Assembly (NCBI RefSeq): GCF_001949145.1
Contig: NW_019091357.1
Location: 1,791,704-1,855,703 of the forward strand
Length of the DNA: 64,000 nt
From: Acanthaster planci
Taxonomy: Eukaryota
Direction: 5' to 3'
How positions within the stretch are numbered: position 1 is the stretch's first letter; each line of letters opens with the position of its first letter. The translations under genes and the position numbers were made by a program. Under the pieces are notes generated by a model. That model worked only from the letters and a program-made list of their open reading frames with translations. It was not told the origin of the DNA and ran no database searches. Positions 12,889 through 24,048 of this stretch are shown here, in pieces.

Positions 12889-15394
12889 ATTGTTTTTGTT
12901 TGCATGGATCCGTCGAAACAACTCTTGGTAGGCCTTCATTTTTTTGATATAGCCCATTTAATGGGCTCCCTCTCCTTAACCACTTGTGCCCTTTCATGCC
13001 GGGATGGACTGAATCACTTTCCTAACTTGGCATACTCTTTCCTTGACAGTTTAAACCTTTTGCACTCCGTGTCAGTAGTTTACAACCTTTTGCATATCAT
13101 TTTGTATGTCTTTAGCTGAGTAGGACTATGGCTGTATCCAATAGCCTAAGCAAACATCTCTCAAAAAAAAAAGTAACTGTCTGTAATGTTCCACAAGAAG
13201 CCACTTTTTCATATCAAGACGTCAGCAGTCCATATAGAGTGCTAAGCAGCCCACTCCTTAACATTTTTAATAATTATTTTGTTATGAAGTAGCAAAATCA
13301 CTCAGATTTGGAGTTATAATCTCATATCGTACTGCCAGTTTCCCCAAAAGTACAGGTCACTGCACATACCACCAACAAAAAGGTGTGCAGTGCAGCGCGC
13401 AATAGAGAGATCCCTAGTGCAGGATTACCTGTCAACATTGCATGTCATAGTATTGTACTCTTGAACGTTTAGCAGGCATGCAGTACCCTGTAACTATGTA
13501 TAGTAGTTAGCTGCTTTTGTCGCGGGGGTCTTTGTAGTACAAAACGTCTACTCTTTTGTATCCCTGTGGAAAAACACTTCTTGTCCGGTTTACTGATAAA
13601 CACGAGGTGATCGAACAAATGTATAGGTTTGATGCACCATCTGTTAATGCAGAATAACAGAGTGTAATCTACATTGCAAAGGCCGAAACTACGAACTGTT
13701 GGACCCGTGTGTTGCACCATTGTGACCCAGATCGCCAAAAACAAAATAAAAAATAAACAAAACCAACATCAAAACAGAAGAATATTGTGACAAAGTATCA
13801 TGACAGCTCATATCTCTTCTAAGCTACAACGCTTCATTTACATTCAAAACAGGTAAATCTCATTGTACCTCTGCACATGTCTTTATAAGTCCAAATAGCA
13901 GCCTTCTACAGCAGCCATTGCAGAATGAATAACTCATACCTGGTCTTTTTTGTTCAAATTTAATTTAAGTTTAACATCAATAACTGGTGTGACGGCGATC
14001 TGTACGTAGAGCAGTGTGCATCACCAAACATCATTGCAATTGACTGATTAAAAGTGTTCCAATAAACAAAACAAAATTATCCAGTGTTGGTAACAGATGA
14101 TCCTACGCTATGGCTGTAAATCATGAACCATGAACCCCAAACTGTGGTTGATGGGATCTCATGGCACCAACTCATTCACATACGAGTATACTGGCAATGT
14201 CACGTCCCGACTCAAGGTCACACCGCCTGGTTAATCATGTAAAAAGAAACCTCATTGTTGACTTCGGCACGCAATGTATTGTGCAAAGTTACACTCGTTC
14301 TACGGAACGGCACTCTAGTCTCTGGATGAAGAAATGGACGCCATTTTTTGGCTCCTACTGTTTTCAGCACAGTAAGACGCACGACTGTGTCTCATTCATA
14401 GACACAAAGTGCTAAATCATGATAACAGATGCATTGTCAAAAATTTTAACGTCTGTCTTTGGAGGATCTAGCTGTACTGCGGAAGTCGTGTGTACGGGGC
14501 ACAGTTTCATCTCTGTTAATTGTGTATTGAATGGTATAGACTAGAAGTAGTTCATGGGTCTCGAGCGGGATCAAGAGAGTGCGCAATTATCCGAGAAAAG
14601 GAGGCTCCTTCCTTCACTTTGCTGGCACACAAACGACTAAGAAATGAGTTACAATGCCTTATAAATGCACTTCGGTTACCCCGACTTTCGAGGTCACGTA
14701 ACTTTGTTGCAATCGCTATGATGTTATCTGGTCTATCAGGCATGGTCATAACATGAAAGTGGTATCATTCAATTTAAAAGTTGTAGGCCTGATTGAAAAT
14801 AGTTCAATAAATTTTGACCTCCGGTTACTTGTTTTTTGATACCTGCTGAAATTTGTAAAGCGTGCCCAGCTTGACACCCAGGTTTACGTTAGTAGAGGGT
14901 TTCAGGTTAATATCCAAACCTCTTTGGAAGCTGTTGACCGTTGTCTTGAACTAAGTTTTTTTATGCATTCAAAATGTGCCTGAACTCTGACCCTCCATTA
15001 ATCCCGGAAGCAAAGGTCGTGAGATTTCGACCCCCCATCACGTACGTTCACCCAGCTCTGTCGGTGTGTCAGTTTAGTTAACACGTGAGCTACAGTATAG
15101 GGAGGCGCATGTCCGTGCGAAGTTAACTTTTAATCGTGATATCGTGAAATAGAGATGTCTACTTTTTATGGGCCCCGAGTTGGACAAAGAGAGGGCGAAA
15201 TTTTCCCAGCTGGTTCACAAACGAGGCGTTTTTGCAACAAAAATAATTAGTCTCGACCAACATGGCTCTTTTCAACCGATGAAGGGGTGCTTCTGCTCAA
15301 GGTGGATAGAGATGAACAATACAGACATTTCTTAGACTAAGATAAATAAATAGAGATGCATGTATTTCTATTGGATATAGTGATTTCTCTGTTA

Positions 15395-17655
15395 GAAATT
15401 GAGATATTGGGGGGTTGCCGACGATCCGCACAATCACGTACGTAATTAATGTCAGCATCATTTTGTTCCAGGCAATCCAGGCGTCCCAGGTGCGCCTACC
15501 AACATGGACGAGTTCGCCAATGCCGTGTGGAACGCGGACATGAACCGCCTAGCAGACTCCGATATTTTGCAAACCTTACGTAACTACATTAGCAACTCCA
15601 ATGACGAGAGGGACCTTCCGGTCAGTCCATTTGTGCCAACTAGGGCACTCTCTTTGGTACTAATCTTAGAAGCATGCGCGTCACTAAAGCTGTGTACATC
15701 AAAGTAGTGCGGGCAGATCATGAGAACATGTGGACTGGTCCCCACCCTACTATTATTGTATAGGGACCGATAGCTTACTGCAGGTAGGTAAATCTTTGCA
15801 ACATTGTACAATCTCGTTTCCATGTAAGCACGTGGAATGAAACAAACGTGCATGAACAAAGAGACCTTGGAACGATACTGACGGGAGTGAAAGGTCTTAA
15901 TGAAATTCGTTTTTTACCTATCTTCCAGATAACTTTCCTAAATATTACCTGACGAGGACAAAGGGAAAATTCCGACATGAGTGTTTCTTGGGTCGGTTTC
16001 ACTTAGAAATCATTCTTCCAAACATCATCGGATATTACAGGAAGGCCCAGGTAAAATCCCCACAGGCGGACCTGAAGCTTGCTACGTGATACCGTGCACG
16101 ATATGGGGCCGATGGTACCCCCCACATGTCCAATCCCTATACACACTCTAGACTATTGTAACCTAACACCCCCCCCCCCGAACTCTGTCAAGAATTCCTG
16201 AGATTCCGATAAAACAATGACCAATACAAAAGTGGGGGGGGGGGTCTCTCCGCCCCATCTCTTGCATCATACGTGCTACCTGACCTTTTACTTTGAGGCT
16301 CTATTAGAAGCCATTACTGCGGTGGCACAATGCTCGTGGGCAGGTGGTGCACGCGCGTTACGTGCCTCTTCGACCAATAGGATGTCGTGATTTTCCAAAG
16401 GGACGCGCGCCTCAAGCCAAGAATGTGCTTGAAGTGAGGTGCCACCCACAGTATGACGCCATATCGGATTCGTGTACAAGAGTTACAGTGTTGCCATAGC
16501 TTAATAGCGGGTTGTGCTGTCATGTACTTACAGGCACGACCGTATAATTACACGTAGAGGAGCCTGGATTCACCGTGCTATCTTCGTCCAGTAGGCTTAT
16601 CCGAAATTTAGAATTAGTCCCAAAGTCTCAAGTTTTTAATTCGCGAGGCAGGCCACCACCAAGATCGAGTAACGTATGAAAGAAATGCATTATTTGTGTG
16701 ACATGTCAACAGTGAATGCGAAATTCAACAGCTGACCCCTACTTGAATGAATTGTTTTAATTATTGCTGTATGTCTCTTTTACATGAAGGCTGTTTTTCT
16801 CTGTGAACAAAGCCTTTCTCCACGGCGACACATACAAGACGACGGTTGCCCTGTTCGATAACTACATCACGTCTGTGGGTCAGACAGAGATCACCACGGA
16901 GCGAGCTGAGCAAGACGCCTTTATGGACGCCATGTTTGAGACGGAAGTCATGAGTATCGCGTACGAGTACGTGAGATACTCAGGTAAGCATTGCGTTTTT
17001 TTTTGGTTCAAATACTAGGCAAACCAAACTGTAAAAATTACCACACCTACTGTATACATGAAGACTGTTTCGTTTGTAACATGACGCTTAGACCAACTGA
17101 GCATCGATTTGTACAAAGCCAATCTAAAGACATAATTCGCAAACCATAATTTGTTTTTCAGAGTGTATCATGTAGTAATCGTGTAAAGTCACTCCGTTTT
17201 AAGCCAGTTCACAAGCTATTCAAGTGAGCTGTTCAGTGTTCACCCTGTCACTTATGACTGACCTTGTGAAGGGACTTGTGAAAGGACTTGTAATGGACAC
17301 GAATATATCAGTGATGAAAATACAACAGAAACTTCAAATTCTCTTTCTGAAACAGTATAAGGAATTAAATGTGACTGCATATGGGCACCACATCATGAAA
17401 TAAGAAATTAAAAACTGCTGTGATAAGATATGGTCCAAATCATACACGGTAAGGCGAACAGCATTTTTCGCACCATTTAGAAGTGCAAAAGTGAGTCGAA
17501 CTTTAAATTATATGCCACGAAGTGCAAGGCCCGCATAGGCACCAGCCCACTGACATGGGGTACACTATGAGATGGAGTCTGCTAAGAAATGAAGCCAACG
17601 TTAGCACTGAACACCAGTCCCGTTGGTAAAAACCCTCAACACCTCCCGTCTTGAC
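15395..17655 (+). pseudogene. Partial ENDOU duplicate (exons 4 and 5 only)
   Basis: Exon-4 copy 15472-15628 (donor GTACGT lost), exon-5 copy 16790-16983 (in-frame 6-nt deletion), introns colinear with 6610-8595. Homology jumps over exons 6 and 7; no SMB or signal-peptide exons upstream. Confidence 0.88.
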
Positions 17656-17664
17656 AGTCAATCA

Positions 17665-17865
17665 CACTGTAAAAAACGTTGGCCAAAGCAGTGTTGGGCA
17701 TTTGTTATTTGCCAGACCTTGGTTAAAGTTACCACATTGTTGGTCAATTTTCCGTCACTGTTGGTCAAACATTGACCAAATATTGGGAAGAATTTGCCCA
17801 AAGGTTGATATTTTTACCAAATCGGGCAAAATATCAACCCAAAATTGACCAACCTTTTTACAGTG
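17665..17865. mobile_element. ~200-bp MITE with CACT termini (CMC/EnSpm-like)
   Basis: TIRs CACTGTAAAAAACGTTGG ... CCAACCTTTTTACAGTG, flanked by CA on both sides (possible 2-bp TSD); internal TTGGTCAA/TTGACCAA repeats. Confidence 0.7.
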
Positions 17866-18428
17866 CAGAGTCAACCAGTCCTCCACTGCAGCGTTAACAT
17901 GAAATGCTGCCGTACCACAATTTTCGTACAGTTCACAAGGGAAATATCCCCGAATTCCCATGTAAAACCCTTTTATGAAAATAAAACCCCTATTAATTTT
18001 GTTCTCACTACGAAAAAGTTGGTTGATGATTAAATAACTCACCCCGGTCAAAAAATTGAGGGGGTATATACTCCTCCCCACCCTTCCCAACCAATCACGA
18101 GAAAATAATAAAAAGTGGTCCCAAGTTGCGGATTTCAGTACATGAAGTCGCCATGTTCTCTTTACGATACACATTTATCTGGCAATTAAGGTTTTCGTAA
18201 TCCCTGGTTTAATTTTATTATGTTAGCTAGTCTTGCACCTGTATCTCAAGTAATTTTGGCCTTTTTGCACCACTCTATTGCAAATTTGTGCGTTCAGATA
18301 AAGGTTCCTAAAAACCCTTTCTTTTCATTTGATGATACAACAAATTATCAAAATGTTTGGGTGCCTCAAGTACCTTTTTTTTTTACCAATTTCCTTCCTA
18401 TGGGCGGTAACCACAGTCACTTCCCATC

Positions 18429-21400
18429 TTAATGAAGCCGATAGATATTTACTGAGATGTTAACGTATAACGGATGGATCTCAAGGCGAGGGGGCGGGTA
18501 CCTTAAGTTGCTCAGTCCGTCGTATTTCATGCGTTTGACGTAGTTCCTCAGAAGACGGTGCCTACAAAGACACACAGCAAAGGGAACACAAGAATTCCCC
18601 TGTAACTTGCAGTATTGGTACACACTGACATCTCAAGCAAACCCACCCACCCAACTTGATTTGGTCAGAAAACAAGACACATACCTCTCCGGCATCGCCG
18701 CCGCGCTGTGGTGATGATGTTGGATGTCTTTGTAGAATCCGATGAAGCGATTACGTCCCTGTGGTCGTCGCCCTATTTTAAGCTTAACCCTCCTTGCCCG
18801 CAGTAATATCTCGTCGTCTTCGCCTCCCCAGCCCCAGTACACGTTGGGGAAACCGTTCATTTTCCGTATGTCGCTGCCGAGAAAACCCGTCACGCCGCCA
18901 AACAAATTTTCGTATGCCAATCTACGGTAGTGAGAGACGATAGCGATAGACACTCCCGAAACCATCAATACAGAATGATCTAGAAATAGTTTTAACTTGT
19001 GCTTTTACTTTTTTTAAATATTCATATTACATAATTTTTAAAGAGATCCATAGACCCATTTTGTTTTGGGCCGGAAATAGTACTCGTCGAGAGGTTGTAC
19101 CACTCAAACATAGATTACATGTAAATTTCTCTTTTCACACTCTTCACATACAAGAAGCTTTTAAATTTAATTATTACTTTTACAGGTACATAATTTTTTC
19201 GTTTGGCAATATCTTCATTTGAGGCAACAAAAGTGCTAAAAATCTATGGCAGACTGGCAAACAACTAAGCTCATGGTGTTCTAGCTCAGTGAATGCTATG
19301 TTTTGGGAGGAAAACAATAATTGTAAGATCTCGATTTCAAATGAAATGTATAAGGTCATGTTTAAAATTGGCCCCAAATTAAGCGTTTGGGACACGTTCT
19401 TATCCGGCCGATTGCAGCTACCCAGGTAGCACAGGGACGTCGGCCCGTCGTTGGAATTTTGTCAGTACATGACGTCGGGAGGGCGTAGGTAAATGGGGCA
19501 TTTGCAAATCCCGCCGCCGTCGGCTCGACGTCTAAATTTGCTGTTGGGTGGACGTTGGACCGACGTTGTACCAACGATCCATTATATCCCCCCCCCTTTG
19601 AGTTTAAAATCGGTGAAGGTTTTCTTGAATGTTTGATGATAAAACAAACTCCAGAAACGGAGCCATTTACAATTGCGGCCTTTCGATTAAAAACCATGCA
19701 CATCACGCGACTGATGGACGTGTTCTTCATGTACATATATATTGTCTTGTATTTGTGCCGACATGCTTTGCCAATTGCCGGACACAATATGAACTCACAA
19801 GACAAACCACTCATTTCAACAGTGCAGGGCACAATTTCAAAGAGAGGGGAGGGACACGTGTGAGTCCTCACATCGACGTCGGTGGGTATCTCAAATACGA
19901 TGTTGACCCAAAGAACTCTACAAGAGGTCGACTGGTCGTCCTCATTTTGTCATGACCGTAACTGAAATTCCAAGTCGGCGGCAGAGTAAACAGCCGACGT
20001 TGGCTGTAATACTTTGCTAGGACTGCGGTATGACATAAGTAATTGGACAGGTCGTTATATTTAGTCTTGCCGATATCAGCTGGTTGTCTTCATTTGGTCA
20101 AATTGACGGTCAGTCGAGTCCCAAACAAACGTCGGCAACACGGTACCAACAGACGTTGGATTTGGGGTTGTGCTTGGACCGCGGTCCGACGTTATCCATA
20201 GGACAAGTTGGTTGTAAATCATCATGCCGACGTCGGCAGGAACCACACTTGAATGACATTGGGCAGAAGAATAATAACCGACGTCGGCTGGCTTTCCTTT
20301 TTAGGACATGTTGGTAGGACGATCAAAGTTCCGACGTCCGTTTCAGAACGTTGGTTGAACGACGCGTCGTACCGAGTTACTATATCGACCGTGACCATCT
20401 ACCGACTTTGCCGACCCATTGCCGATCCCATCCGACGTCGGGCCGCCGTCAGTGTGCTACCTAGGTGAGCGGTTTGCATGCACATTGACTAAATTACAGT
20501 AACCGAACACCCGTATGCGTCATGTCAACGCCTGAGGGCACTTAAGTACCAAATTAAAATCCAACCACTACGTGTTTTACCGGCAACATCCAAAGAAACA
20601 TCTTTCGACTCATCGTCGGAAATCGCCTTCGTTCATTGTTGTCTGTAAAATGCCAGCTTTCTTTAAGCCAAGTATGCTTTTCAATACTAAGTTCGTCGTT
20701 TACTTATTGGATACCTGCAAATAATGGACTGTAGCTGTTAAACCATTACACCACTTCTTCAATTTTGAACACTCCTGTCGCCTTCTCTAATAAATTGCAA
20801 ACAACATATTTCCCCTACGTGTAATTCCAGACGCTGTCCCCAGAGATAAAGTGACGTGGCATGTTGGAGCATCCGTAGTAATTCAGGTCACTCAGTGGCA
20901 CGTGATCAACATCGTGGAAAACAAAGCAATCCCAGTGTGACATGTTCAGGCTTTCCATAAAACCCACGTTCATTAAGGTTGCCCGGTTGAAGTTCAAGTC
21001 GTTTTCCTGTCAAAAGGTCAAATGAAGCGGAAAAGAAAGCTTCATCCCTGGTTGAAATGATACTTTTCCCTTTGATGTCTTTGTGGTTTACCAATAGAAA
21101 AGATAGCTCACCAGAATAGCTGAACCAAGGGACCAGTTTGATCAAGGTCCACAAGTTAACTAATGGTTGCTTCATGACGATAGCGCATGTGCAGTGAAGT
21201 TGAAGTGCGAACGACAGTAGTCAACTGTTGTCAGGCCATTAGGCCGAAGGGGAGGAAAAGTGGCCGCAGGAAGGGCAAAATAGCGAAGAAAGTGAGCATG
21301 GTCGTTTACCAGCGACATACTGTATTGGGGGCATTTTCTTATAACTGGTCCTCTCTGTACTGTACTATTAAAACCGTTTGATCAGAGTTAGTCGAAGTCT

Positions 21401-24048
21401 GGTTAACTATTGTCCTTGATCGAACTTGCCCAAGTGTGTAACCAAAAATACACATGCGTATAGTGCCTTTCCACTGTATCCGTCCAATTTATCTAAAACA
21501 ACTAGATAGCTACAGTCGGTAACAATGTGACTTATACTATAATATCTTGGCTATACATGATCATACAATTTAGACGTGTTTTCCATCCAGTGATACCTAC
21601 ATCCCCTTCATTTGCTGCCAATAGACGGATCCCAATACGATGCTTCGATCTGCGCACTTTCGCGTTTGAAAGCGAGGCTGTATATGCCAGCTTCAATTCA
21701 TAATACGATCAGACGATTGAAATTAAGGAGTTAAGACACAAAATGCATAAAGGTATGTTAAATTCAGTCTTTTCAAGCTGAAATTTTTTGTGGAAGAGTC
21801 TTTCAGGACGTAAAATCTCAACACGTAAAATCAAAAGAAAAATAACGACAATTGACCGCAAACTAACGTACCTGCAGTGGTCGTGTATCTTGTGCAGTGG
21901 GCGTGGTTTAAACTGAATTGGCGTCACACTTACGAACCGGATACTGCATTTACTGTGTGGACTCCGCGGGCGCGCGCGACGAAGTTCAACACAGAGAGCC
22001 TCGGTTTCGACGCAAATATGCCCCTCTCGTGGCAAGAGGTTTGTCCGGAGCTTCTGCAATAAACCTACTTGTGATCGTGTATTACTCATCTTCTAATGGA
22101 CTGGTTCGACCAGCTCGCCTGCTCTCACCAGTTTAATGCAGTGAGAGAATTGCATCAGTATCGACCACATAAGTCTTGGACCAAGACCAGCAATAATGGC
22201 AGATGATACCTGATTGACTGCGAAGACACCGAATTCAAGTAGTTGTCTCCTCAGCATGGGGACGAGGTAGCGAAGGAGGATGGGCAGATGGTGGGAACGA
22301 TTCCGAAACGGAATGATGATAGCCACCTGGAAAAACGAATCAAGGAGCAAACAGCAGATTACAGTCAAAGACTTTATGCGACTTTAGGCACTTTGTTGCA
22401 AAAACAATGTCCAGTTATACATGTTCTTGTGAAAATGTTCAAACTGGTGTGGTTTTTATCTAACCTTCCATACAGGTATGCAATGATTGGGCCTCCAGTG
22501 GCCACCTGGGATGAATGTATAGTTCCCAATCTTCATCTCCAGTTGGGCTAGATTGGCCTCCATAATCCTCCTTCCCGATGCTTTGAACCAGACGTTCTTG
22601 TCGATGAGGTTTGGGATGAGGGAGTCGGCCAGCGTCGTAGCTCGCCTAGCTTTCTCAAACTCCTCGGAACCAAAAACAACGCTCTCTGCTTGGTCCATCG
22701 TTATATTGTCCAGATCATAGAAGCTAATATTATCTGGTATTGTCGGAATAACATTGAAGCTATCGTCAGCGTAACCTACAGCTAATAACTGTTTTGATAC
22801 CACTCCTGTTGACAATCGTCATCTTCACCTGTTTGTTTGGTAATGTCCCAAACACACTTGCAACAAGCATAATATGACCCCGTCCTTCAAGTAACCAAAC
22901 AACAGAGCTTGCAGATTTTCGCAGCGTTTGTCACCGTTCAAAGACACCGTCAGCGTGACCCTAAGGCATGTGTCCAAACTCATCTGCCATTTTGCTTTGG
23001 GCAACTAATGTGAACCAACAGCTTAACAATGTAACTACATTTACCTTAACACTGGCGGGTGCCCTACAAGTCAAAGTTTGCATTCTTGGGAGGGGGGAAT
23101 AATGCTTGATGTGGGCAAAAATGGGACAGACACTGTAGTCAAAACACATCTTCAAATCAATGCAATGTAAAATATGTTCACAGTCATCATGGAAAATAAA
23201 AAAACGAGGAAACGTGTATCTGATGTCAGTGACATAATAATAGTCAAGAGTTCGACGCTTACTGAGATGTGGAATGTTGGAATCTGGACACTCCGACAGC
23301 CGATGAAACAAGATCCTTTCTGTTGTGCTTCCGTTTCTTGAAGCTACGAGAAAACATGATAAATGTGGATATAAATACGATCAAGGGACGACATCAAAGC
23401 CAGTAAGTAGCCTGAGTGGTAATATATCACTACATGGCTGTGATCAGGACGTGTATTGTAAAATGTCACACCCTAAGATCTTAAGAAGCGGGTACTCAGT
23501 TCTACAACGGTCTATTTTTCAAACACCACACACAAATCCCACTAGTCCCGCAGCGACAGTCAACGGACGCGGTCCACGAGCATCCTTGTACCTCGATATA
23601 AAACTGCAGGCCCGCCTTAGGCCTAAATATCATTGGATCTTACCCGTGCCGACGACTCCTCTTCCAGAACCTGTCCGGGTGGATTCTGCTCGAACGTAGA
23701 TTTCTCCTGCGCCAAATTAACAACAAACAAGTGAAGATAAAGTAAATCTTCAACGTATCTCCGTATTTTTGCAGTGCTATATAAACTACGTTGGCTCTAA
23801 GCCAACTAACTAAACCGACAACAAACGTGTCTACATGAACAGCGTCTATTTAGTAAAGAGGGAAAAGAACATTCATTTAGGAATAACACATCCCCAAATG
23901 ATCTTTTTCTTCGTACGACGTGCGCACCTTCAAACTGGTACCAATCTCCACTCATACCACGGTGAAAGTAAAAGAGAGGGAGAATGACCAACTGTAGAGT
24001 CGTTCCTACTACCAGACAGACAGCAAAGGCCTTTTGTATCCCATTCAT
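18429..24048 (-). CDS. B4GALT5/6: Beta-1,4-galactosyltransferase 5/6-like GT7 enzyme, copy A; about 402 aa type II membrane protein
   Basis: Eight exons: 24048-23928, 23706-23644, 23343-23263, 22733-22465, 22326-22210, 21006-20819, 18921-18685, 18561-18429 (1209 nt, GT-AG, in frame). N-terminal TM anchor; motifs GGHWRP.HC.P.WKVAIIIPFRNR, FNRATLMNVGF, FHDVDH (DxD), YYGCSNMPRHF, FGGV, NGFPNVYWGWGGEDDE, HHHH, DGLSNLRY. Confidence 0.9.
19421..20465. mobile_element. ~1.05-kb non-autonomous DNA transposon in intron 6 of copy A
   Basis: ~30-bp TIRs CCCAGGTAGCACAGGGACGTCGGCCCG ... CGGGCCGCCGTCAGTGTGCTACCTAGG; many internal CCGACGTCGG/CGACGTTGG motifs; absent at the paralogous site near 33470-33485. 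Confidence 0.8.
21612..22015. repeat. Dispersed ~400-bp repeat, copy 1 (copy 2 at 39708-40110)
   Basis: Direct match GGATCCCAATACGA...GATCTGCGCACTT...CTGTGTGGACTCCGCGGGCGCGCGCGACGAAGTTCAACACAGAGAGCCT in both places. Confidence 0.8.

Noticed and set aside
14031..14749. Possible decayed minus-strand protein shared with 26057-26570 (LPTLDNFVLFIG versus LSTLDDFILFTG, same stop)
   Set aside because: Stops occur at about random frequency, frames shift between copies, and differences are not biased to third positions; better explained as duplicated non-coding DNA.
22734..22815. Longer exon 4 suggested by ORFs 22456-22815 and 30467-30853
   Set aside because: Only the ACCAG acceptor (22733/30573) is conserved and in phase in all copies; upstream in-frame sequence is treated as intron.
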